NCBI RefSeq assembly: GCF_009914755.1
Contig: NC_060937.1
DNA from: the human T2T-CHM13v2.0 reference genome, Homo sapiens
Length of the DNA stretch: 64,000 bases
Reading direction: 5' to 3' (one strand)
In this document: one piece after another, positions 1 through 14,900 of the stretch
Numbering within the stretch: position 1 is the stretch's first letter
Layout: each line of letters starts with the position of its first letter
The notes under the pieces: model-generated
Told to the model about the DNA's origin: nothing
Databases searched by the model: none
Seen by the model: the letters and a program-made list of their open reading frames with translations, nothing else
Position numbers and translations under genes: made by a program

Positions 1-270
<270 letters not shown>

Positions 271-2174
271 ACTAGTTGGGAGTAGGTTTGCCTGTGAGTA
301 TTAGTGATGGCAACAGCACACAACAAATTAAGAGGGGCTTAAACAAGACCTGTGTTTTTGTTCTTATGTTCAAAACGTCTGGTAATAATCTGGGTCATGG
401 CTGGTATATTTCACCCTGCAGTCAGAAACTTAAGTACCATGTGTGAAGTGATGAGCTGGGAAACAAGCAAACAAAACTGTAGATTCCATAAGCAGCTATT
501 GCAGCTGCAGAGCAGATACTGCCTTTTACTTTCAATAGGAGTTCTTCTCTAGCTACACCTGTGTCAGCATGGACATACGAAAATGACAAGAACACAAAAT
601 GTGTTAGGGGTTTATATTCAACTCTAGGTAATTTCTTTTATATTTATATTACAAAATTGATGATGTTTAAGAAAACAAAGTTGTAAATGGCTTTCACTTT
701 ATGTGTAGACATCATCATTACTTCTGTTGCTTAAGCCCATTTGGAGATTAAAAAAATAAATAAAGAGGAAATCTGGATTTCAACATCAGTGTGAGGCTCA
801 GTTGTGAGAAACAAAGGTCATTTATAGAAAGCACTGTTTACATTTGATTGCCCATGGGAAACCTCTGAGCCAAACAAGGTAATGATTACACCAAATTGGA
901 TGTAATGATTACACCAAATGTTAATGCTTCTCGTTAGAATGGAAGGTTTCAGTTCAGGGTATCTGGAGGCCACTGAGAATTCTTTCTAAGTATGGCTACA
1001 CAGTCTTTTCTGAAAGGACAAATTTGGAAGCAGCACTTTCAGACTTCCCTAGCATCAGTAAGTAGACACAAGCAGAGTTCAGCTTGAAGATGGAGATTAG
1101 TTAAGCGACACTAAAGGACAGACTAGGGAACAGAGAACCAAACAACAATGGAATGGGGAAAAGATTAGGTTTATACTGCTTGCTGAATTAGTACAGCCTA
1201 GCATGCTTGCCATGTTTTTTAACTATCATATCATGTATTACCAGAACAGAAAATAAATTCAGAATATTAACTTTCGTTTTATCTGGTGGATTTAAAATCC
1301 AGAAATTCCATCTAGTGCAAAACACCAAGATAATACTAGATAAAATATAAAACTGCAAGAATATACAGGAAGTCTTCAAATTTCTCAAAATGAGAAAGCA
1401 CTAATCCACAGAATTAAACTAGAGCTGAGGCTGGTGATGGTATGAGAAGTGAGCAAACTTGGCATCATTGTAGGAGATTTTTAACACTGTAATTTTTGTT
1501 TCAGTTAAATAAACTGGGTGTAGCACAGATTTAAATAACAGAATTAGTGCACTCTAGTGTTAGCAAATATTTGTTTCAAAGTACGCACAGAACCTCATGA
1601 AAATTGACCAAATTTTAGTAAAGATCAAAGAATAATTTTCGTATAAATCATTCATTCATTAACTAGAAATTGGTTCCAGAAGGCCTAGTTTAAAATCCTA
1701 TATATTTAGACATTAGAAATAAGATACAACTGAACAAAAACTGTTCAAATATTGAAGTAAAAATATAGAACGCATCGTTATTTAACTTTATATGTGCACG
1801 TTTAGAGGTATACATATTTATTATCATTAGAAGACAATTTTCATGTGAGTTATTTTCTCATGTTCCCATCAAACCCTTCTGAATCTATATCATTACTTCC
1901 CTTTTGAAGATGAATAACCAGAAGTTCTTCAAAAAGTTAAGCCCTTCATCTAAGTTGACGCAACATTTAATATTGGGAAGAGGGTTTAAACCTTTCGGTT
2001 TTCCACCATTTTTTCTCTATTTTATACATGTCTTCTTACTTTCTCTCGTACTCAGAATCCCATTGTGTCTTTTTCTTTATCAATCTCAACTAGGCTTTGC
2101 TTTTGCAAATCTAAGCATTAAATTAGTTTGCTTGAAATATGCCTCCACATTCACATTCCCCCATCAGCAGCTGG

Positions 2175-2590
2175 TCATAGTAGGGAGAGTATTAGTCCCG
2201 AGACAAGGAGATCAAGTTCCAGTCCAGGCTCTGCTGGCTCTGTGACCAGGGACAAGTAATTCACATATAATTTCTTAATTATACAAGAGAAACATGGACA
2301 CTAACTTTGCTGGTTTGTTGCAGATTAAAATTCTGTACATAAAGCACCTGATTCATAGTAGGACCCTGTTAACTATTTTGCGGCACAAAAAGTTTAAGAA
2401 TCACAAATGAGACTTAGTTTTAAATTCTGAGGCCATTCCTGATTGGCCCTGTCTTCTCTGGCACTTACCTAAATTCCAAATTTTTTTTTTTTTTTGCTTT
2501 TAAAATAAGAATGTTACTCTTATTGTTGTGAGAATTGATAAATGAGATATTATTCTTAACATTAATTGTAGCTAGTATTGCCATTGTGTT
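2175..2590 (+). mobile_element. MIR fragments
   Basis: Degenerate MIR core (gttccagtccaggctctgct...tgtgacc; gttgtgagaattga...atgagat). Confidence 0.55.
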
Positions 2591-2618
2591 GCTTTTGTAG
2601 CTAAAAAAATGACTTGAT

Positions 2619-3006
<388 letters not shown>

Positions 3007-3477
3007 TTATAAATAGCATATACCTATTGGTGGTTAGGAAAACAGACATAAAAAGTAGCTCATTCTGCATGCGTCTATTGGAATACATTAATGGGAGGGA
3101 AAAAAAATCTATCCTTTTAAAAATGAACTTGAACTTGGGTAAATTCAAGTGTTGCTCACCCTCCCTGCTCTGTACATTCACTGAGTTGAATTGATAATTT
3201 TCAAACATGAGATATTGGAACAGCAATATTAATTAATGTGTTATTAATTTATCAATGCCAGTGCTTCTAAACTTCCTAAATTAACTGCTTTGGACACAGG
3301 ACTGCAACTCTAAATGACCTCAGAATAATATTTAGAGATTTGATAGAATAGAATATCTTGAAATATGCCCAGTTATCTTTCTGATCAATCCTAAATGAAT
3401 TTTATTTGGTTGAAGAGACTATTTGGATAGCAGAGTTTCTTTGAAAAATAACAGTCTCTGAAAGTTCCTCCAGAATA

Positions 3478-3652
3478 AATGTTCAGCAAATGATGGCCCT
3501 TGAGCCAAATATGTCTATCTGCCTGTTTATGCAGATGAAGTTGTACTGACACATTCTCAGTGGCTGTTTTGTGCTAAAACAGCTGAGTTGAGCAGTAGCA
3601 ACAGAGACTGTACGACTCACCAGACACTTCACAGCGTCGGCCCACCCCAGCT
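3478..3652 (+). mobile_element. MER58A-like hAT-Charlie MITE
   Basis: cagcaaatgatggccc...gccaaat...tggctgttttgtgcta...gagttgagcagtagcaacagagactgta resembles recalled MER58A. Confidence 0.75.
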
Positions 3653-4327
3653 CTATGCTTAAAATTCATGAGAAGATACATCATTATCATGTTTGACAAA
3701 AGACCATTTTTTAATCTTTTCCTTCTTTTACTCTGTTCTGTGCCTAGAAGTATATTTGAAATGAATTTCATTGTTTTGTCATCTGTTTGTATGATTTAAC
3801 TTATAATTTTTATTACCAAGGCACTATACTTTTCTACCGTGTATAATAGAATTCTTCTTGGGAAAAAAATAATAATTTTCAAAAATGTCACACTTCCTCT
3901 TCATTGAAGAGTGTACTGTGAAATTTTTCTCAGTCATATACTATCATACATTGTTTTCAACTTGCTTGCAGTGGTCAAGTATCTCTTCCAGTAGTTAGCA
4001 GGATGAGTGTGCACTGCACGCTGCTAGCTATTGAAGGTTAAGAGCATATATATTGAAAAACACTTTATGGTTACAGTATAATTTTGAAACACTTATTTTT
4101 GCAGTTGCAAAATATTGCTAAAACCAAACAAATGATGATTTAAAATGATTAATTCCATTCTGTCCTGATAGGATTAGTAAATGAAATAATGAAAGCATGC
4201 CAATTTGTTGCCTATACCTGCTCCCTTAGGGCATGAACGTGCTATAAGATTAAACACTATAGTCAATTATTTTTAATTGTTTATTTTTGTCACAATCCTA
4301 TTGTTTATACCATGGTTATATACTATA

Positions 4328-7085
4328 CAAGCATACCTTGTTTTATTGTACTTCATTTTCTTATGCCTCTCAGATACTGCCTTTTTTTTTTTTTTTTAAG
4401 AAATTGAATGACTGTGGCAATCCTGCTTTCAGCAAGGTGATAGGTGCCATCCTTCCAATAGCATGTGCTCACTTCATGTCTCTACGTCTCATTTTGGTAA
4501 ACCTCATAATATTTCAAACTTTTTTCATTATTAGTATATCTCTAATGGTAATCTGTAATCCGTGATCTTTGTTTGACATTACTATTGTAATTGTTTTGAG
4601 GCACCATGAACCATGCCCATAGAAGATGGCAAAGACTACATGTTATGTGTGTTCCGACTGCTCCACTGACTGGCCATTTCTCCATCTCTCTCACTTTCCT
4701 TGAGCCTTTCTATTCACTGATATACAATAATAGTGAAATTAGTCCAAATAATAACCTACAATGGCTTCTAAGTACAAGTAAAAGGAAGAGTCACATGTTT
4801 CTCATTTTAAATCAAAATTTTAGTGAGGAAGACATGTCAAAAGCTAAGACAGGCTAAAAGCTAGACTGATAGCAGCAAGTTATCCAGAAGATTTAGCTAA
4901 GATCATGGATGAAGCTGGTTTTACTAAACAACAGATTCTCAATGTGGGTGAAATAGCCTTATACTGGAACAAGATGCCATCTAGGACTTTGACAGCTGGA
5001 AAGGAAAAGTCAATACTTGGCTTCAGAGCTTCAAGGGACAGGCTGACTTTCCTGTTAGGGGCTAATGCAGCTGGTGATTTTAAGTCGAAGCCAATGCTCA
5101 TTTACCATTCTAAAAATTTTAGGGCCCTTAAGAATTGTGTTGCATTTGCTCTATAAATGGAACCACAAAGCCTGGATGACAACATATCTGTTAACAGCAT
5201 GATTTACTAAATATTATAAGCCCACTGTTGAGAATTACTGCTCAAAAAAAAGATTCCTTTCAAAATATTACCCATTGACAATGCACCTGGTCCCCTAAGA
5301 GCTCTGATAGAGATGTATAAGAATATTAATATTGTTTTCATGCCTGCTAGCACCACATCCTTTCTGCAGCCCACGGATCAAGGAGTTATTTTGACTTTTG
5401 AGTCATTGGTTAAGAAATACATTTTCTAAGGCTTATAGCTGCTATAAACAGTAATTCCTTCCTAACGGATCTGGGCAAAATACATTTAAAACGCTCAATG
5501 AGATACCATCTCATGCCAGTTAGAATGGCAATCATTAAAAAATCAGGAAACAACAGATGCTGGCAAGGCTGTGGAGAAACAGGAACGCTTTTCCACTTTA
5601 GATGGGAATGTGAAGTAGTTCAACCATTGTGGAAGACAGTGTGGCGATTCCTTAAGGATCTAGAACCAGAAATATCATTTGATCCAGCAATCTCATTACT
5701 GGGTATATACCTGAAGGATTATAAACCATTCTACTATAAAGACACATGCACACATATATTTATTGCAGCACTATTTACAATAGCAAAGACTTGGAACCAA
5801 CCGAAATGCCCATCAATGATAGACTGGATAAAGAAAATGTGGCACATACACACCGTGGAATACTATGCAGCCATAAAAGAAGAATGAGTTCATGTCCTTT
5901 GCAGGGACATGGGTGAAGCTGGAAACCATTATCCACAGCAAACTAACACAGGAACAGAAAACCAAACACCGCATGTTCTCACTCATAAGTGGGAGTTGAA
6001 CAATGAGAACACATGGACACAGGGAGGGGAACATCACACACCAGGGCCTGTCAGGGTAGGGGGAAAGGTGAGGGAGAGCATTAAGACAAATACCTAATGC
6101 ATGCGGGACTTAAAACCTAGATAATGGGTTGATGGGTGCAGCAAATCACCATGGCACCTGTATACCTATGTAACAAACTGCATGTTCAGCACATGTATCC
6201 CAGAACTTAAGGTAAAATAAACAATACAAAAAAAAAAACCCTCTGGAAAGGATCCACCATTCTAGATGCCATAAGGAACATTTGTGATCATGGAAGAAGG
6301 TCAAAATACCAACATTAGTAGGAGTTTGGAAGAACTGGGTTTCAACCCTCATGAATGACTTTAAGGGGTTCAAGATTTCAGTGGAGGAAGTCACTGCAGA
6401 TGGGGTGCATAGTAAGAGAACTAGAATTAGAAAAAGAGCTTGAAGATGTGACTGAACTGCTGCCCTCTCATGATACAACTTGAATGGATGAGAAGTTGTT
6501 TCTTATGGATGAGCAAAGAAAGTAGTTTCTTGAGATGGAAACTGCTCCTGGTGAAGATGCTGTGAATGAATATTGTTGAAATAACAACAAAATATTTAGA
6601 ATATTTTATAAACTTAGTGATTAAAGCAGTGTCAGGGTTTGAGAGGATTGACTCTAATTTTGAAAGAAGTTTCACTGAGGGCAAAATGTTATCAAACAGC
6701 ATTGCATGTTACAGAGAAAGCTTTCATGAAAAGAAGAGTCAATCAATGCAGCAAACTTTGTTGTTTTCATAAGAAATGGCCACAGCCCACCCAAACTTTC
6801 AGCAACCACCACCCTGACCATCAGCAGCCACCAACATGGAAGCAAGATCCTCCACCAGAAAAAAGATTATGACTTGAAGTCTCAGGTGATCATTAGCATT
6901 TTTAGCAATATAGTATTTTAAAATTAAGGTATGTACATTGATATTGCACATTTAATAGACTATAGTGTAAACATAAGTTTTATATGCATTGGGAAACCAA
7001 GCAATGTATATGACTCCCTTTATTATGATATTCATTTTATTACGGTGGTCTGAAGCGAACTCACAATTTCTCTGAAGAATGACTC
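4328..7085 (+). mobile_element. Tigger1 DNA transposon, internally deleted near 4865 and interrupted by L1PA
   Basis: TA|caagcatacc 5' end; transposase remnants in ORFs 4905-5156 ([15 protein letters not shown]-like) and 6566-6772 ([12 protein letters not shown]); 3' end ...cacaatttctctgaagaatgac. Confidence 0.93.
5496..6238 (+). mobile_element. 5'-truncated L1PA (PA7/PA8-like) 3' end inside Tigger1
   Basis: ORF2 C-terminus ([22 protein letters not shown]), 3'UTR, poly(A); TSD aaaacgctc/aaaaccctc. Confidence 0.95.
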
Positions 7086-8677
7086 TTTTTGAACATAGAA
7101 AAATCACAAAAATAAAACAATTTTGTACTTTAACAGGGAAATTATTAAAACTTGTTTAAAATTTGTTTGTTTTAGAATTCAGCTTAAGTATACAATATCA
7201 GTTTAAATGGTGAGGGTTAAATGATGAAATTACGCAACCCGTGTATTAGGAAAGGCAGGTTACAGCTTCACAGGTCCTTTAGTCTGTGCTACTAATGAAG
7301 CAATTCCCTGCGTCCAGTCCCATTTCACTAGCTGTCATCCACGATTAACGAATGCCGTAGAAGGGTCACTCCAGATTAGCACCCTTTCTTTGCAGAGATG
7401 CCCATTTAAAGGAGAAGGGTTTTTTGTTGTTGTTGTTTTCTGCTGTGGGTGATGCCACAGGTCAAAGTCATTCCATGGGAGATTTTTCTAAATGTTTTCG
7501 TTAGGTATCATTGAAAAAGACAAACCTCCCCAGCTAAAACAACCTATGTTTATGGCTAAGAGCTTATTTAACACAGGACTAGGCTACCTCTACACAACCT
7601 CCAGAGAAGAAGAAAGAAATCAAGCAAACAATCAGAAAACAACAACAATAAAAAACAAGCAAACCTGGGAGTTTTAGAGGAGCACTTAATACTTCAGGAA
7701 AAGAACAGCGGTTTATTGACTCAGATTTCCTCCAGAGCTCCTTGCTTGAAGGGAAACATTGTACTGCCTACAGGCTTTTCCAGAAAAGTTCTTAATTAAG
7801 ATTGAAGCACGAGCAAAACTCTTACATCTCTCCTTCTCCTTCTTATACTTTCTTATTCTTTTTTATATAACCGATATCTATTCTGTAAGTCTCTTTTGGA
7901 AAAAGATAGGAAACAAAATGCAACACATCACACAATATGGCAACCACCTTGTAAAATGGAACATTACCAACAAATGTAAGAAAGTATGGGATTTTTTTAA
8001 AGGAAAGATCTATTTAGTCATACAAGTAATTTACATCTTCTGTAAAATAAATGTAGTATTGTGTATACTCGATCTGTGTAGTCTCATTAACAGAAGTGCA
8101 TACATATCACTATTTGTTTTTAAAAATTAAATAAAAATATGCATAATGGTACTCGGTGCATAAGAAATCATAAATGATTAAAAATAGTCAGCTCAGTTCA
8201 TAGAATAAAATCCCCACTATATACAGGATTGTACTTTTATATAATAAATATTTATTGACCACCTAATATATGTAAAACATTGCTTATGAATTAAAAGAGT
8301 TCACATTTATTCAGCAGTTAATTTAACCAAAGACTTTTCTACTACAAAATGATGATTTTTGTTTTAAAAATGACAAAGCAAGTCTGTTTTATTTTTCATT
8401 TAAAATTATTTATCAACATTATGGACATCTTTTGGAGGAACCAAATGTAATTTTTAAAATAGAAGTTGTTGAGTTGAATGGCCTAGTTTATTTGGGAAAT
8501 GTCACATAAATTTTTGGGCCACTGTAACAGCCTAAGGGAGCAGAGAGATATTGGCACTGCTGTTTGTGGAAACAATTTGCAGAGGTTCATAAAACCATTA
8601 GAAAATGTTTATTGCTGTAGAATCCTAAGCAGTAAGGCATAAGTGAAGCGACTGAGACAAACAGAGGGTTGTAACAT

Positions 8678-8880
8678 ACTAACTAATGTTTACTGAGCAC
8701 TTGCTAGAGAGTCAGCACTGATCTAAGCCCTCTCCATGACTATCTCATTTAACCTTTAAACAATTACATATGGTAGGCTCCATTAATTTTACCAAGTTGC
8801 AGAGAAAGAACAAGGATCAGCTTAGTTTCAGACCTAGGAATTAAATCTCAACTCCAAAGCTCATGCTTTTTACCTCATGT
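8678..8880 (-). mobile_element. MIR
   Basis: aatgtttactgagcacttgct...cagcactg...atctcatttaacct typical of antisense MIR. Confidence 0.7.
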
Positions 8881-9479
8881 CAAATATGGCAAGCAACTGA
8901 AACAAAAAGACTTGCTTTTTGGAACAAACATTTGCAGCTGACCTCTAATCTAGGAGGCAGATTTGCAATCAATTTCATGTTCTTTGGAGAGCAGCTGCAG
9001 CCACTAATCAAAGGGCATGTATTTGCAACTGTAGGAAGTGAGTAGCACATTTGGTTTTTAGCAGCAGGTGCGCAAATAAAAATTAGCATTAGCAATTTCA
9101 GTTTTGAAAATTAAGAGCATATATATGGTGATCTTTTCATTCTTATGTCTCTTTGACTTACACTAAAAAGCATGATGCTTTAGTTTATGTTATAGACCCT
9201 TAGCAATTGAAAAGCTCCTAATAGAAATATTCTATGCCCATGAATAGAAATATTTCTCTGTTAAAAACATTTGAGAAAGCCATTGGAAAAGACTCAATTC
9301 ATTATTAAAGTTGGAAATATCTCAAAGAAATTAATGTGTGTTTATAGAATAAATTATAATAGAAATATTTAACAACCAATAACAGTTCTGGCTCTGGTTA
9401 ATCAGAGTGGATTTTGGCTTAAACAACATGTGTGAATGTGTGAATTGGACAAATTCTTAAACAATTAGAGATATGTGGG

Positions 9480-9507
9480 TATTATGGAATGAATTGTGTC
9501 TCTCCCA

Positions 9508-9558
<51 letters not shown>

Positions 9559-9912
9559 TCATATATTAAAGCCCTAAATCCCAATGTGACTATATTTGGA
9601 GATAGAGACTTTAAGGAGGTAACTAAGGTTAAGTGAGTTTGTAGCAGGGGGACCTAATCCAATTGGATTGGTATCCTTATAAGAAGAGAAGGACAGCAGA
9701 GGGATCAGTATATGAAGGAAGACTGTGTGAAGACACTGTAACCAGGCAGCTGTCTACAAGCTAAAAAGAGAGACCTCACCAGAAACCAACACTGCTGGCA
9801 GCTTGATCTTGGAATTCCAGCCTCTCAACCTGTGAGAAAATAAAGTCATTTTGTTTGTTTAAGCCACCTAATCCCTGGTCTTCTGTTACTGTAGTCCTAG
9901 AAAATAAATATA
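9480..9912 (+). mobile_element. MLT1A/B-like MaLR LTR
   Basis: gaattgtgtc...aattcatatatt...cccaatgtgactatatttggagatag...ttccagcctc...ctgtgagaaaataaa. Confidence 0.85.
9507..9555. repeat. (CA)n microsatellite
   Basis: Direct reading. Confidence 0.98.
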
Positions 9913-10884
9913 GTGGGAGTAACTATTTATGTTTAAATGTAATGTTTACTTTAATTTTTTAAATCAATAATACATAAAATGAGGTGATATGGTGAAACAG
10001 TTACATGATTTTCTTAAATAACAGTAAGACAATAGCATTAAAAAATAGTCCTGGATTCTCACTTTCTAGGAAACATTTTCTACCATTTAAAATATTTATC
10101 CTGGCATACACCTTTATACTTGTAAGTAAGCCATGTTTGTCTTTTAAAAAGTATGCTTTGCATATTAACTACTAAATTCAAACTCAAAGATTTTACTCTC
10201 CTCTCTTACACTGAGATCAAACACGCACATAGACTTCCCTCTCCCTTTGATGGTATTGAAATAGCCATGTCATAATTTTAACTTAAATCAACACTAAGCA
10301 TTTATATTATTATGGCTATTGAATAATATGTCATTAAATCACACTAGTGGCCTATGAATATCTATTCTTCTTTTAAAATGTACTTTCTCTAGCATTAGCA
10401 ATAGGCCTGTTGTTTTCATTTTGCTTAATTATAATTATCTAGTATATATCAATCATCCATTCCCCAAATCTCCTTCCAATATGTATCTCAATTTGCAATA
10501 TTTTCAAATCATCATCTTTTTTCCCCATTGGAATTATTCTTCTGGATTTAACAGTCTGCTCACTCTCCAGGACTGCTACCGGGCTAATGTCTTAGTATAT
10601 CCCTTCACATCCTTCTGATAATATCTTTTAATTTTCTCCCAGTGGAATCTTCTGTTTCTGAATTCTATGTTATCCCTTCCCTTTCTCTCATTTGTTCCTT
10701 CATTTTGGTAGACTAAATCTTACAGCAGTTTCTTGCGAAAGGGTGCATAGAGGGTAAATTTGAGACTTTTAACGTCTGAACACATCTTTATTATTCAAAA
10801 GTTTCATTTTGTTGATAATTTCATCAAATACGATAAAATTATGGAATGCCTAATCCACTAGTGTAATCTAGTGGATTACACTAG

Positions 10885-11278
10885 ACCCTACTAGAACCTA
10901 CTAGGCCAGACCATATAAAAATGGAGTCACTCAGGCTAAATGCCACATAACCAAACTAAAACTTTAAGGAAGTAGGTAGATCCCAAACACACCAGTTTTT
11001 CCTGAAAACAAGAAATTCCAGTCTACTTGAGCCTGCACAATAAGAAATTCCTCTCCATTTTAATGTTAAAAAAAAAAAAAGTAACCTGATGTTAACCAAT
11101 CAGCTTTTCTACCAATGCTCTGCTTTCTTGTTCCCACCTTACAAGACCCACTGTTCTGGCACTGTCCAGTGGGAGCCCTGGTGACCTTTTGTAGAGTGGA
11201 GGCTGCACTGATTCGTGATTTGCAAATAAAAAATCAATCAGATCTTTAACTAATTTGTTGTAATTTTGTCCTTTGACA
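10885..11278 (+). mobile_element. ERV1-class solo LTR
   Basis: aaatggagtcactcaggctaa, aaccaatcag, AATAAA, 3' end ttgtaattttgtcctttgaca. Confidence 0.7.
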
Positions 11279-12194
11279 AGTATAAAAAGCTTCTCTGGAA
11301 GTCTTTTTTAATTTATATTTTAAAAACATTTCTCTACATGTTTCATAGTTACTGATGAATCCAAAAATATCCTGAATTTTAATCCTTTGCATGTAACTGA
11401 TTTATTTGGTAATTTAAAAATATTCTTTATCCCTAAGATTCTGAAATTTTATGAGGATAAAATGTTGTTTTGGTCAATTTTCACTTTGTTGAGGACCATG
11501 GCATTTACACCTGTGAAGTCATGTCTTTAGTGGGATATTTAACTTTCCTTTTTCTTTTTTCTTTTGCTTCCTTCTCTTTATTCTTCAGTTTTTATTCATT
11601 CTTTTTACTTCTGTGGTTTATAAACCTTATTAAGTAAATGTTGGGCTTCCTGGGATGCTCTTGATATTTCTTTAACTTTTTTTTCTTCTTTTTTTTTTTT
11701 TGTCCTCCTGTTATGGAAATTATCTCATTTTTCTTACTTAAATATGCTATTGATTTGTAAAACTTTGTTATCCAATTATTTAACTATCAGGATTTTTTTT
11801 CTCCCGAATATTACCTCTGTTCTTAGTTTCAGGATGCAATATATTAACAATTAGAGATGTTTAATGTTTTCTTGGCTCCCTTCGTTATCTTTGGTTTCCT
11901 CTCAGTTCCTCTGTTTCTGTTTTGGTTTACATGTGTCTTTATCTTTCTGGACACAGGCTTTTCTTAAATGTCTACTAGTTATTATCTGTGTTTTAGTATT
12001 TAAGGTTAAGCACTAAATATTTTATCACAATCTTGGACAGAGATTTGATTTCTTCTTTACTTCAGGGATCATATTAAGGTTTTTACTGCCTCCAGTTTTT
12101 GATATCCCCATGTCATGTCATACGTCGTTAGGCATATCAGCTTCTCCAGAGTAGAATTTAAATATGTTGCCAGTAATTAAGCATTTCTTAGACT

Positions 12195-12605
12195 ACTGGT
12201 TAAGTTTCTACATTAAAGATACATAAGAATGCATTATCTCTAACAAGATAAAAGTTTTGGTCCTCTCTCATGAAATAGACTCAATGTAAGCAGGTAGTAC
12301 AGGGCAGGTATAAACCCCTGTTCCACAAAACTTATTTATTTCTCGATGAGAGGAAAGAAGGAAAGAGTGCAGAGTAAGCAGCTGTCTCATAAAAATGTGA
12401 TATGCAAATCGTGCACATCATTTTCGCTTGTATCCCATTATTGAAAATGGAGGCACATGGCTTTACCAACTGCAATGGAAACTTTGAAGAATCATGTTTA
12501 GCTGGGTGACCATGTGCTCAGATAAAGCTTAGAGCAATGAGCATTTCTATTACTGAAAGGAAGAAAAAGAAAATAGATATTGATTAAAAATTAGCAATGA
12601 TGCCC
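12195..12605 (-). mobile_element. Old MLT1 (J/K/L-like) LTR
   Basis: cacatcatttt...atcccatt...cacatggc...aactgcaatggaaact...tttagctgggtgaccatgtgc. Confidence 0.55.
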
Positions 12606-14599
12606 ACAGGAGCCAAATGCTGGGAGTTGGAGATCTCACAATTCGGCATGTAGATTTTCATTTAATTTTGCTTATTTCAGTACCACGTGTCTGACATCAG
12701 CTGTGTCCGATGTCATAGTCAAGAATTTCTCTTTTTTCTTTCTTGTTTGCTTCTTAGTTGGCTCGCTCTTTTGATTTTTAAAGTTCCAGATTTCTGCCTC
12801 AGAGTCGGGGGTTGGTTGTCTGGCTCAGTAACTTGGGAAAGAAGTACAATTGCTTAACTCTCAACTATAATTGAGAAGACTCAATTGAGTCTCCTCTTTC
12901 TAGCCCTGTGGGAAACTCCAGAGCAACCTAGAGCTTCCAATTCTTGAGCCATCCTCAGATTCCATGGTGTAAACAGGCTCTTTTTCTGCATTTCCATCGG
13001 AAATTTCTGGCCAACCCCTAGGTACAGCTTAGGTTTAACTTTCTCTAGCTCACTAAGTTGCTCATCCAAACTTTGCAGCAGTTGCTTTCTCTCCTATTCC
13101 CCTTGTCTTTGTAAATATATGACTTTAAAAAACCTTTATTCTATTTTTAGCAGAGTTTTTAACATCTGACAGAGTATCATTATGTTATCTATCTTGGTAG
13201 AAGGTAGAAATAATAGAATGCAACAAAATGTGACATACATTCTTCTCTGGACTCTTTTCCAGTAAAATCAGACAAGAGAAAATGGAGGAATTGGGACCTA
13301 AGGAAAATATATTCATTTCTGTCTGACAAAAAGATTGCATTTTTGACCCTAAACACTTTTCGTATTAGTTGTGTCTATGTAATTTAGTTGCAAAACCATG
13401 TAGACTTGAGAGATTGCTAAATGATTCTAAATGCTGATCTAAGTTGAATGGAAAAGGCAGAAACTTCTAACTTTCACAATGCTGAGGCTATACAAGCTTA
13501 GGGGAGGAGCCCCATAGGTACTTGTAAGGGAACATATGGCTGCTGGGGGTAGACTATTGGCGAAGATCACAGTAAGAAGTCGGGAAGTCTAGTGGGGACT
13601 GGTGAAATGGAGGAGGTGGTTTTCAGAAGGCTGGGGTATAGAATCCTGGATCCAGAAGTGGTTAAAGGTAGATCCATATCTTGGATCCATAATTTAAAAT
13701 CTGCAATTAAGACAACATTGCTATGGACTAGAAGCAAATGCTAGGAACACAACCATTTGCAAATCTGACATTAGGGAACCACTCTCATTCCCAATATATA
13801 TAAAAAGGTAAGACACATTCCAGTACCGAAGAAATTTGGGTATTTGCAGATTGACCCAAAGGGACCAGAGTAATCAGTTCAGGCATCCAGAATCTAAGGA
13901 TGCTTCAGAATTAGATTGAGAAAGCAAGGGAAGTACCCAGTGACCAGCACATGTGTTCGTTTTGGGACCCGTGGTGAAATCTATTTGATGTTAAATCATC
14001 AGACTACTGAGGTAAGCTTATTAAAAATAAGGTTGATACCAGGTTTAAGAGGCTTAGTTTATAGATAGATATTATGTGGATTTGGAAGTAGAAATTACAG
14101 GAAGACAGATGGTTAAAGTCAAGGAAATTATACATTTTCCATTTACCTGGAAACACTCCTTATTATCTGTGCCTTAAGCTATAATGTATCATGTCAATCT
14201 TTATTACATTAAGTCCTAGAAGTAAAGGATCCTGTACTCTACTCTTTAATCACACTGTTCTTTGTCCCTTTCTGTAAAATGTAAGGCGGTAGGACCTCTG
14301 GGTCAGCAGGAGATGCCCCAAGCTGGGACTGTCTCCATTTTTAGAGAGCAAATAACTATCAAAGTGACTAGAAGTTTTGTGATAAGACCCAATAAACACC
14401 AAAGGGCCAAAAAGGGGTTTTATTCTAATATATTTTTAAGAAGAATAAAACAGACACAGCACTTTTTCCTTCTTTTCTACATATCAAACTTGTCACCAAA
14501 TTTGTTTGTTTTTATCTTTAAAACTTTCTTAATTATACCCCTTCATCTCCATTTCTATAGCCACTTTCTTAGTAAAGACTCTCATCATCTTTCTTTGTG

Positions 14600-14900
14600 T
14601 TGCTTCAGATGACTTCTGCCTTATCTCACTATTTCTAATTCATCCTCTGGTAAGAGAGCTATCTATCTGAAATCTAAATATAGCTATGTTGTCATTGCAG
14701 TGCTGAAGATATTTTAGTGGCTTACTGCACAATAAGTCTAAATTCCACCACATGTCATATGGTCTATTTCACAATCCGTTCCATATTTACCTTTCTAAAC
14801 TTCCTCAGTCAACTCTAGTCTTTACAATATTTTGGAAGTCCATGAATATCCATTGCTCTTGAAAACCTTCAGGCCTTTTCATCTTCTAGCCTGTCTGTTT
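14600..14900 (+). mobile_element. L2 fragment
   Basis: gagagctatctatctgaaatctaaat...tttagtggcttactgc...aagtctaaattcc. Confidence 0.5.

Larger units (their letters stand above)
10100..13150 (-). mobile_element. Old L1M fragments (ORF1/5' region), interrupted by LTRs
   Basis: T-rich degenerate antisense L1M-type motifs (gtctgaacacatctttatt, ttctgaaattttatgaggat); boundaries uncertain. Confidence 0.5.

Noticed and set aside
5498-5887. 129-aa ORF (also 30893-31075, 43301-44011, 45907-46092)
   Set aside because: Fragments of L1 ORF2 in truncated elements, not host genes
4905-6772. Transposase-like ORFs as a domesticated TIGD gene
   Set aside because: Tigger1 is deleted, frameshifted and interrupted by L1
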